Positions 13,752 through 25,040 of a stretch of 64,000 nt of DNA are shown here, in pieces. The translations under genes and the position numbers were made by a program. Numbering within the stretch: position 1 is the stretch's first letter; the number at the start of each line of letters is the position of its first letter. The notes under the pieces were generated by a model that made no database searches, was not told the DNA's origin, and saw only the letters and a list, made by a program, of their open reading frames with translations. Origin of the DNA: Phallusia mammillata (Eukaryota); the NCBI GenBank assembly GCA_965637545.1, contig OZ281496.1, positions 2,790,001 through 2,854,000 of the forward strand. The letters run 5' to 3'.

Positions 13752-14847
13752 ACTATTTTCTGAGCAGATGCCTGGTTAATCAAATCGTTACCGCCTTCTA
13801 AACGATATGAACATTTCCCATTTGAGCACAAGGGATATCTTTAGTCAAAAACTGCAAACACGCGAAAAACAACAACAGTTGATATCAAAAATTAAACCTA
13901 AGCATTTCTGACTTCCTCCAGTTGTAAGTGATAGCTTCATAGCTACATGTTTCCACATGTAAGGTCCTGTCTATTTGATAGTAATTTAACTACTAGCAGC
14001 GAATTGTAAATTCTACGGCTAAAACATGTAAATATGCCGGACAAATTATCACCTTAACTACCTCAATGACTTTTACGATGTGATAACTTAAATTGTTATC
14101 CTTGCTTACAAAGTTGAAAAATGTTGGTACAGCGTACAGCTACAGTGAAACTTACCACATATTATAGTTACTACTCGCATGTGGGTATAGTCGTGCAAAG
14201 AATAAGCAGTAACGTCAACAGCACGAAATTCATTAGAATATCCGTTTTAGGCTTGCAAAGTCGTGCACGCAAAAACTGTACAATCCTTAGCTGTATAGTA
14301 AAAACCTACCGTGTTCCACACCCATATTACATGGCTATGAATACTAAATACAGCCCTATTTACTTCTGTAGTCTTAAAGTGTATGGTAGCATTAAGGGTT
14401 GCACTAAATATCGCATGGTACCACACCGTTCTTCTTAATGTACCACCCTTACCCTATAAAAACCTACAATCTAACCAGGGCAAAAGCTGTCCGATTTGAA
14501 ATGACAATAACAGTATCAAGTAAGTTTTGATCGTTGAAGGTGATTACCAATTGTTTAAACCAGATTGCATTTAGTCTAGGTAGAATAGTCAGTACATTAC
14601 TATCTTTACATGGTGTAAACATTTCCCGTGTGTGCAAAACAAGAATAGACTAAACCTTTCATGTGGGAACGTGCAGCTATGAATCCATCACTTACGACTG
14701 GAGGAAGTCAAAATGCTTAGATTTCATTTTTGATGATAATCGTTGTTTTTCGCGTGTTTGCAGTTTTTTGTTCAAAGACATATGGGAAATGTTTGTATCG
14801 ATAGAAGCCGACAGAGCTGATCAACCAAGAATCTGCACAGAAACATT

Positions 14848-15487
14848 ATGAGAAATCATCAGTAATGTCCAAAACATGTTTGATGTTGTTTATTGTTGCC
14901 TTTGTCTTGCCATTCAGCTACAGCACAGGTTAAATTGTGCTAACTGCTAATACTTTGCAGATACATAAATTTTTCTGTCTTTTGCGGTCAAAGTAGTGCT
15001 TAACAACGTATATGCTTGACTGTACGAAGCTTGTAAGGAAATTAGCCTTAAGCTTACAAGTTTGTGCAAGTAACAAACGCAACGGTTGACAACACAAAGC
15101 TCGTTAGGAAACCTGTTTTTTGACTTGTAAATTCGTGCCCGTGGTCATGGTTGACTGCATGAGTTTGTTAGGGAACCCGCTTTAGGCGTGCACATCGTAC
15201 ATTTGACAAAACACTGGATTATTAGTTCACTAATTAAAGTTGATGTTTGTATTGTGTTTACAGTACTGGCCATGCTACTGCGCCAAGAATTGCGCTGAAT
15301 TTGGATTCACAATAAGTAAGCCAATTTCTTACCCACAAAACACTATTTTACGTTTTTAAAGTTGTTGGTTTTGATCATCCGTTAAATTCAAAATTGTTCA
15401 TTTTTTTGCAGTGTTTAGCAACTGCCTAAGCTGTAAAGCTCAGTACGTTGTGGGACTAAAGATGAAAAACAAACAATCACCAAATAG
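14848..15487 (+). pseudogene. Cys-rich secreted peptide, subfamily 1, copy G (frameshifts)
   Basis: ATG AGA AAT CAT CAG TAA (1-nt loss), a 5-nt loss later in exon 1, exon 2 15264-15315 YWPCYCAKNCAEFGFTI, and a 1-nt loss in exon 3 (starts 15412) that removes Cys6 from the frame. Confidence 0.75.
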
Positions 15488-15660
15488 AACCAACAAATAA
15501 AACTTGTGTTTTGGTGTAACAAAATTCACAGTTCACTGTTTTCGGTTCGTAGAAATCAGAGTGGTTAAGTTACGGAATTATTTCAGCAGATTTGGGAATT
15601 CGAACAGATCTTTCAGGGGGCGACAAAACAATATACTTCATTCTTGCTGTAGTGCTGTAA

Positions 15661-15863
15661 GGGGTCGGCAACCTTTTTTGCACTGCTTGAAAGTAAAATT
15701 TTATTGCGGATCGGTCTTCAAAAAACTACAAATATTTAGCAAAAACGCCTAAATTAGTTTATCATCCCCGGCATAAATAGGCAAAATGTTTTATAGCATT
15801 TAACTTGAAAAAATATACGGACCGGTAACGAACTCCTCGCGGACCGGCGGTTGCCAACTACTG
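15661..15863. mobile_element. hAT-type MITE
   Basis: Ends ggggtcggcaacc / ggttgccaactactg, flanked by a duplicated ctgtaa(g); absent at the paralogous site near 46510. Confidence 0.65.
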
Positions 15864-15869
15864 CTGTAA

Positions 15870-17610
15870 GTAATTTCTTAGTGACTCTATATACTACGCT
15901 GTATGTTTGAAATGAATGACGACGCAGGATTAAAGATCTTGAGAAAGTCGTTTACGGAAGTAATAAACGTGATTCTACTGAAAAAGCAGTCTGCTGTATG
16001 ATTTCTATACTTGAGGCTGTTAACACATAGATGGCATCAGGTTGTATGTATTGAAATATTGAAAAAAAGTTTCAAATGTTTGCGAAACAATTTAAAACGC
16101 AACAAGCTAAAGGACCATTAAATAAAATTAAATCAAATTCATAATGCATTAAAAGTGTTTTTGTTTGTTTTGTTCAAACAACAAAACAATACGCCCCTAG
16201 GATTTCAGGTTGTACACAAAAGATAAGTTTCCGTTTATTGTTTTGATTTACAGCAAATCACAATAGTATTTCAATAGAATTAGGAATTCATTTTCTTGTG
16301 GATCGATTTGGTCGCCCCCAGAGTTTGTAGACAGGGCCAGACCAGGTGTAGCAGAATCCACGCCTTCTGCAGAATATGCACAACCATTTTCCTGTACAAT
16401 ACAATAATGTGCAAGATAGTCGGAAAAAAGACTGACACAAAAATCGATCATCTGTTCAAAATATGAAAAAAGGGAAATAAGTAAAATCACGAAAAACTGA
16501 AGAAATTTTTGTCCATCAGACAAAAAATCAAACCAACATAAGACTAAGAAAACAAGTGCAGTTACACACATATTAACTTACTACAAAAAGAGAAACATAG
16601 AATACAAAAACAACACAAACAAAAAAGGGGCAGAAAGCACACTGACAGGCCAACGCCATAGCAACAGAAATAAAACATGCAAATTTAAGAAAAATGTATG
16701 AGAACACAAAACCTGACAAGCAATACGGTTCTCTTTACCAAATATTGATAAGTTGGTGGAGCAATTACGGCGACAATACCTTTTGCAATACCAAGGTCTT
16801 CTTGCCTAAAAAACACATTTTCAGTGCTGTATACTACTGTATACAATCGCATTAATAACTTATTAAAAAAACTGTACAACTACATTTTTAACATAAAGAC
16901 AAAAACAACAACTTACCATTGTAACACTTACACACAGAAATAACAGAAACAGGACAACCAGTTTCATTGCTTCTTTCCTATTACGTCTTTGTACTTACTA
17001 TAGTGTATAGATCTTGCTGGATCTTTATAATATATACAAACATCTTAATAGCATCGTATACGGAAGTCTTGAACGTGAACCTACTCATTTCATTCACTAA
17101 AAATCGTGCACGATAAAACATGTGACAAAATCAAGTGTGGGCTACGATTTCTATACGTGTCGCTTTTTTCGATTTCTATGGAATGATTTGTGCATGTACA
17201 TTACTTTCGCAATTCAGGTTATTAAAAGTCTAGTACTTGGTGTATGAAATGTCGGATGGAATAACTCAAAAATATTAAATTGTTGAAAACGTTCAAAGCT
17301 AATGGAGTAATTGGAACACTTACCAACAGATTTTAATTTCAGTTTTCAAATGGTAAAAGTCATTAAGTTAAGATGAAAAATTGTCAGGCCTGTTTACAAT
17401 GTTTTAACCGTAATAGTTACAATTCGTTGCTAGTAGTGAATTTACTATCAAATAGACTAAACCTTACATGTGGAAAAATGTTGCTATAAAGCTATCACTG
17501 ACGACTGGAGGAAGTTAGAAATGCTTAGGTTTCATTTTTGATATCAATTGTTGTTGTATTTCGCGTGTTTGCAGTTTTTCCCTCACATAAGAAATGTTCT
17601 TATCGTAAGG
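15870..17610 (+). repeat. Segmental duplication block, direct copy of about 46520-48320
   Basis: Near-identical sequence throughout, covering a subfamily 2 gene and a subfamily 1 upstream module. Homology breaks at about 17608. Confidence 0.85.
16288..16967 (-). CDS. Cationic Cys-rich secreted peptide, subfamily 2, copy K (73 aa; putative antimicrobial)
   Basis: Exons 16967-16917, 16805-16739, 16391-16288, GT-AG, phases 0 and 1. Product MKLVVLFLLFLCVSVTMARRPWYCKRYCRRNCSTNLSIFGKWLCIFCRRRGFCYTWSGPVYKLWGRPNRSTRK*. After the signal: 11 R + 4 K, no D/E, 4 W. TATA-like tattataaaag about 60 nt upstream. Confidence 0.88.
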
Positions 17611-18346
17611 CGGATATTTGAACTGGTGGTCAATTTTCTGCGGCGGATATTTGAACTGGTGGTCAATTGGTTGCTGCAAAATAAGTGCTTTGAGTTTCAT
17701 TTTTCTTTTCATTAACATTGGGCTCATGAGAAGACTAAACTTTTGAAACAACCAGAACTGGAACACAAGGTGTTGAACCGCATTTTTCAAAGACTAGTTG
17801 AAATGTTAGTTGAAACGTGTAACATTAGTGAGAAAAAAAAAAACATCTCATTAAAAAGCATGTGCATTGCTTTTAAATACAATTTTTTAGGGGCATTGTA
17901 TATCCCGCATTCTTTGGCGATTTATAACAAGCAATACAGTATCCGCACTTCTGGCCTGAAGCTTGTTTTATATTGTTGTGTTAAATATAACATCAGCGAG
18001 TTACAAACACGAAAAATCATTTCCATTATATGTCAGATTCACTATTTCACTACAGTGTGCCTTCTAAATTTTGTGCTATTAAATACGCAGAAAAGGTATA
18101 ATAGCCATACGTCACTAAGCTTGCAGTAATTCATGACAAAACGGAAATGTAAACATATGAACGCTATCTATGACCTTAGGTGACACACAAGAAATATACA
18201 GCGATGAACGAATGGTAATTTTACATTTGTTTTAGGTCGACCACATCAGACTTTGCCAAAAAGCTGTATCTTGCAAAAGATAACTTGAGTGTAGTTTTGG
18301 TTTTAAGTAACAGGCGTTTAGTAGAGCGTATGCGACTGTTGAAAAT

Positions 18347-21300
18347 ATGGAACTGACTCACAAGAAAGCTCGTCTAGTTGAACTGCTGTTGTTCGTCGTC
18401 ATGTTGCTTCATGAAACTCATCAACAGTATCCAACGGAATTTTGCGGTCAGTTAAATGTTGCGTACAAAGATTTAATATAAGTTAAGTAGTCAAATGACA
18501 GTATAATTATTTTTATTTTTTGACTTCGTTAATAATAAAATTTGATGCTTAATAAAATTAGAGCAAAAATAATGTATTAGCAGAAAACAATTTGTCCAGG
18601 CGAAATGCAATTTACAACTAAAACCTCTAAGTCTAAAACATTGCGCGTGTAATAGACTTTATGCAGTATAAAGTCAATTATATTCAACTTGCAGCGATAA
18701 ATTCCCGAATTCAGAGCCATTACGACTTAAATTTTCTGTAGTTCTTATTTTCAGATCTTGGTCCGCGAAACTGCACAGTGTTTCGTTGTCAGTATTATTC
18801 CAACGCAAACATCACATGCGGTGAGTTTTACATGAAAAAAATATCATTAATGTAACGTATCTAAACCAACCCAACGAATTTGGTTGTTTTATTTCTGCAT
18901 TATTTTGTATGTTTTTTTTTACGGTTGCCGTTTACTGTTTTGAAAGTTTTGAACGTTAATCTAATGATCAATTGTAAACCAGCAGGTTATGCATTGTAAC
19001 TTTGCGTTTTTTTTTCTTCTCAAATTCGTCGTGTCAAACATTATATCGAACAAACTGATAAAGTAGTGTGACAAACCAAAGTCTCGAGTATTAAGTCATT
19101 AAGACTTGTAGTTGTCAGTTAAAACAAAACATAGAAAAAAGTTGCGAAACTACATTTAAAGTTCTTGCACTAACGCCTTAATTGATCAAGTTAGGAATTA
19201 CTAAAAACTTTTGTAACATAAATAACGGAATTGTTTCCAGTGTTTGCACCTTACCAAGAAACACTACTGGTCTTCGATGGGATTAAGGGAGCGTGTAAGT
19301 AGAAAACTTTGGTTAAAGGAAGCCTAAAGCATATATTATTAAATGATATATGGAATACGTCCACCATGCATTTAAAAAGTGTGTTAACGATGCATTTAAA
19401 ATTTGATGGGTGTGGTACATGGGTCCACAATCTTTTCGCTATGACGGCCGCATTTTAGATACCATTTTAACCACATGCATGCTAGTGTCTTCTTTTTCTG
19501 GTAAACAAAATGCTGATGTTAAGAATAAGGTTTATCTTATTATATACCATCTAATGGCGCCTAAAAAACTAAACATAATTTCTAACTCGATGCACAAATT
19601 GGACAGAACAGCCTAGCGATTAGTCTTTATTCTGTCTAACGTCACCATTTATATTGTGACGCGCGTGGTACTTTTTTCGCATTGTTTTCACACAATCGGC
19701 GTACCAAAAATAGGTACACATATGGCTACTAAACAAACTTTTTTCCCGCCCATCATTTTGATTAGAGCAGTTTTGAAACCCAAATATATGACACATAAAG
19801 TTTCGGCCGACAGTTGATATATTTTGGCATACATGTTCACGGTCGCATATCCTCGTTTCTCAGACCGCAGCCTGTGCACCCTGGTCTAGTAGATACTAGA
19901 AATAATTAGTTGAACTGACCTCTTCGCAAATACATATTCAGACATTATAAATAAGTATCCGATATGTGTGGGATTGCGTTTAGTGCAACGTAAGAAAAAA
20001 TAGTTTACATATTGCGACTACACATTGCATTACATTGCAGGGAATGGTGCCCGTATCCACCGTCTTAACACATCAGGTATGAAGTTTTTTCTCTAATAGC
20101 AATATAAATTTAGTTAATGTGGTTTTAAGGCACTTTATGATGCAACAGCAAACCTTTTTTGCCGTAGAATCCGAATGTGTCGGAGCGAGGTGTTGTATGA
20201 CAGAAATACTTGAAAGTGGAGGCAAAGTGGAAGTGAAAATGCAATTCATCAATCAGACTCCAACAAGTTTGTTTAACATTAAAGAAGTTTTGATAATGTG
20301 GAAAAAACTCCAAATCACTGGGTTATTGCTATTAAAAATTGAGGGTATTTTGTCGGTTAGTTTTTAAGTTAGCACAAATCTATTCAAATGCACATTATAT
20401 TTGACCATACTGAATGTGTTTTCACTACAAGGTGTTAGCTGTATTAACTGTAGTGTAACAGATTTTGCAGCAATTTTGTGGTAGAATATAAAATGTTGTA
20501 TAAATTCTTAAGTACGCATCAATAGTGTATTCATTTGTGAATAATATTTATTGAAAACATAAAGTACACATAATCTGTATATTATAATACATGTTTCGCA
20601 GTTCAACAAGATGTCAGCATTATCATCAGACACTATGGAGCATGTAAGTTGATGTGACAAATTACCAGTAGAATTAACTACCTATCGTTTGCATTCTTCT
20701 AAAAGAAAACAACATACGAGTAAGTTTATTTACTGACAAATATCCAGCTCAACCTTATAATGTACTTAGGTTTTCTTAGAATTACTTTAAACATAATGAT
20801 GAAAATAACGGACAGAAAAGACGTAAAAGGCGGTATTCTTTATATTCCAAACGTTTCGGCAAATGCACATGCCATTATAAGGGATATCAACGATATCTAC
20901 GTCTATTTCGGCCGTTTTTTTACTTACAAACAGATTCGTATGTAGTGCTCCAAAGTACTTGAAACCTCATATCAGTTTACCTAAACTCACAATGTACTAA
21001 GGTGTCCCTGCTGATTTCATATTTCATGCAGCAGTATACTTAAACTCATTCCCAACACAATGTCTCAACCTTTCCCACTATTGCAGTAAGTGTTTTTTTT
21101 TGCATTTTTCATTACTGATGCGTTGTCATTAATTTAAGATGTTTCATACATTATTTCCATACTTACAACTTTTGCAGATACAACCGAAAACCGACATAAA
21201 ACAACAACAGTGGAAATACAGACTTCAACAACAATTCCAGTGACAACAATTGTGGTATCAGGTAAAATTACAATCACAACACTAAACGGAAACATTTTAC

Positions 21301-24300
21301 AGGAGGAGTCAAAAAATGCTTCACAAACATAACACATCTTACAATTATGTTAAGCAAACGTTATTTAATGTACGATTGCGCTGTCTAGAAGTACAACACA
21401 CTTTGGTGTAAAAAATACCTACGTACCCACGCGCCAATTTCGCATTTATTACTTGTACTATTTTCCCCGTTCGAAATGCAGTAAACGTCAGAGTTTATGG
21501 AACACACCACATACGTATAAATGGCAGATTTCGTTAAATTTGCTTTTTGATGAGTTTTTCTACTCCACAAAAAGCATGATACATTTTCATTCATCAGCTT
21601 TTTCAAACCATATAGGCTATTATTTGACATTTGAAGTTACTTACATTAAAATGTCAAGAGGGCAAATGCGCCCTCCTTGTCGACACGTCCCGACGCAAAA
21701 AAACAAAACAGGAAAATTCAACGCAAAGTGCAATTTTGAGTTTCTTGCCATACTCAGTTTTGCAATGTGTTTCGTTGCAGCGTTAAGTTTTCACTATGCT
21801 AATGCTGGTGTGTTTTCGTTTATCCATGATTTTCAAACAACACTTTACCATTTGCCACTTTAGCAGTTACAACAAAAACTCGATAGAAAACGACCACAAT
21901 GGATATGCAGACAACAATTCTAGAGACAACAACTGTTTCAACAGGTAATTCTAAAAGCAAATCATTATCACTAACATATTTAATGATTTGTTTCTTCAAA
22001 TACAATTTAAATAAGTAACTGACAAACAAAACAGTTCTAAATAATACATATTAAACGAATAACGTCTAAAAAACTATTTAAAACAATCGCATAAGATACA
22101 CAACTAACAGTTCTACATACTTCCAGCAAGAATATACAAACCGATATCTGAATCTAAAGCAAATCGTCTATCTACAATTACCTAACGTTTTATCACCGAA
22201 TAATTGCTTTATAACGTCGCTTGCCACTTACTTTTTGTTGTGTGTCATCAAGTTACGTCCCTCATGGGGCATTCATTTTTTTATTTAATTGACGCTAACA
22301 ATATAAACCTTGAATACGTTGCAATGTTTTACATTCAGATGTTGCCTTGTGTCTTTTTGTTGAAAATTCGTATACTTAATACCGGAAGTGGTAAAACTCA
22401 AAACATTGTTTTCCATTTTGCTTTCTAACCAACATTCAAACGTTCATTTTTTGAGATGTACCTGAGTTGAACGATCAAGCAGCTATCTTGAACCCTGCAA
22501 GTGCAGAAGACTTGGAATCGATTGAAAGTTTACTGCTGAACAGAGCAAGAAAAATAAAACCTGGAGATAAAATCGAAGAAAATCATGACAACTCCCAATT
22601 ATGCATAGAACTAGTCAACCAAAATAAAAGTGAATACAATTCAAACCTACAACTTGGATCAACTCACATCGACTTCACCTTACAAACATACGAGACAAGA
22701 CGTCTCGTGGTTGCAGTGTCTGTCTTCAAGATAAACACAACAGTAACCGCACAGACTGAAACCGCCGAATCCGGTTCTCTCGCCACAACGCAGTACATAG
22801 CTACCTTGAACACAACCTACATCGCTATAGTTGGTTGGAACGCGGATACGTTCCTGAACTCACGTCGCAAACGATCATCTACCGATCAAGTAACCGATCA
22901 ACTTCCTGGAAATGTAACTTTCATTGGACCCCCAACGCCTCCAAAGATTTTCTGCACGGAAATCATAGCCCAAAAGAAACACGAGCCAAACCTGATGATC
23001 AACAAACTGGAACCAATCTGTCTCTTCTTCGATAGAGTTAAAAAGAAGTACTCAAATCGTGGTTGCGAAACAATTACTGATGACGTAACAGGCAACGTCA
23101 CTTGCAAGTGCAACCATCTCACTCTTTTCACCGTTCTACTTGCGGTCCAATCCACCAAAATACCAAACAGCGTCAAGGTAAACATTCAGCCGAATAGTTT
23201 AACTAACAGACAATAACAAGCCATAAATATTTGTTTTTAGATTACATCTTACACCACTGAATCAGCATCCATCATGTTTCTGGTCGCCACCATAATAATC
23301 CTCTACAAGTCGAAACACAGCGGAGATCGGGTTCCCGTTCAAATCAGCTTGTCTTTGGCTCTGCTGCTTTTCCACGTCATCAACATATCACATGATCTTG
23401 CCGTCTTAAATGAGGTTACTTGTGTGATGGTGACAGCTGTCAATCAGTATCTGTTGCTGTCGTTAGGTGATTAGAAAACTAAGTCATTTTAGGCATTAAA
23501 AATTTGTCAATGGCGCTACGCGTAAATATCGACTGAACAAAACTCGACAAAGCAGCTAATTTGAGATAACCCTGTGGTATTCAACGCAATGTTTGTTTCA
23601 GGCATGTGGTTACTGGTGGAAGGAATTCGACTCTTCATGGCGACTTCGTTTCCAGTTAAGTTCCGAACTCAGGAATCATCGAAACGTCTAAAAATCTTTT
23701 TGGTGATGGGTTGGATCGTTCCCGCTTTTATAGTGGGAATATCTATGGCTGCGGGATTATCCCTTGGTATCTACATGAAGAACCAACCAATGTATGAGCA
23801 ATGTAACGAGTTTATTCCGATTCTCAAGTACGACAGATGCTGGTTGACACCTGGTACTCCGATCTTTTACACAACGGTGGTCGCTCCTCTTGCTCTCGTC
23901 CTTCTCATCAACTTCGGGATTGTCCTGAAAACAACACATGTGATGTTGAATTCGAAAAAGATGCGGAACAGAGGAGAAGATCCAGGCACAGGAGATGCGT
24001 TGAGAGCAGCAAAGTCTTTTTTCCTACTGTTTCTGATGCTCGGTGGAACTTGGGCTTTGGCTTTCTTTACAGGTGAGTTTGTCCACACACATATACATTT
24101 TAGGAGTTAGATTAATTACTTTAGCTGGTGATTTGAATTTAATAAACCTATATCGTATTTTTCAGGAATCGGGGACGAGATTTCGAACGAGGTGTTCATG
24201 TACATGCACAGCTTGGTGAACGGTTTGCAGGGAGTCGTCGTCTTTCTGCTGTACTGCGTCATGGATGACGACACCAGACAGGAAATCCTGTTGCGCATGT

Positions 24301-24362
24301 GCAATGCTGGTATCGGGCCGGAGCAGCAGGTTACAGCAAATCCACAAAGAGTCGAATCTTAA
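18347..24362 (+). CDS. Adhesion GPCR (GAIN/GPS + 7TM), copy 1, 693 aa as modelled
   Basis: Exons 18347-18446, 18755-18820, 19241-19294, 20041-20076, 20602-20643, 21002-21085, 21178-21261, 22456-23177, 23241-23466, 23602-24072, 24166-24362 join in frame. Signal peptide, Cys-containing N-domain, Thr-rich stalk, GPS CLFF...YSNRGC...CKCNHL/TLFTVLL, TM7 SLVNGLQGVVVFLLYC. Confidence 0.88.
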
Positions 24363-24809
24363 AATTATAGCTGAGGTCAAAGTTTAAACCGAGAAGGGGG
24401 TGAAAGTTCAAACAACTAGTTTTCTTTGATGTTTTGATTGTTCTGGTTATTTTCATTCTCCCTGTATTTGTAGTTATCTGAATTTAGTATTTTTAAACAA
24501 TGATGTTACTTGTAAACCAATTTTGACATTAGTGTTGTTTCTAGAATAATTCGTTGCAGTTAGTTCGAGGTAAGCTCTTAAAAAGTCATTCAACGAAGCC
24601 TCGTGCATGAGCTGTGGGTCAAACTATAGTCGCCATTTTGTGCATTTCCCTGCGACCGTTAAATGCTTGTGGTGTATATAAGAAATGCTTGACGTGTAAG
24701 AGTGTTGTAACACCGTTGTTGGCTTATCGCGATTTGAGTTGATCGCAAACCAAAATCTTTGTTTGATACTTGCAAGAGCAAATATTAACAATTAAAGCAA
24801 AGCATTGTT

Positions 24810-25040
24810 TTCTGTTCATAAAGAACTTAAAACATCCACAGAACCACTGCCATTTCATGCATAACTTTTCGTTAACCAAGCAAATTATGTCGCTATATGA
24901 TAAAACAGTCGCAATTTGATAACATTAAACTGCTTGAAACTCTTATACACGGGTCAGACACGCAATACTCGCGATATTTTGCTTCAATGAAAAAAATGGC
25001 AGTGGTTCTGTGAACTCTTTCAGTTCTTTATGCAGTACTC
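24810..25040. repeat. Degenerate inverted repeat in the GPCR spacer (also in units 2 and 3)
   Basis: cataaagaacttaaaacatccacagaaccactgccattt versus aaatggcagtggttctgtgaactctttcagttctttatg. Confidence 0.45.

Noticed and set aside
16248-16571. 107-aa ORF (and the 96-aa counterpart at 46957-47247)
   Set aside because: It is mostly intron 2 sequence running into exon 3 of K or L (off-frame in K); the spliced model explains the sequence.
22898-24088. Antisense and alternate-frame ORFs over the GPCR exons (all three copies)
   Set aside because: These are shadows of the coding exons, repeated only because the gene is triplicated.
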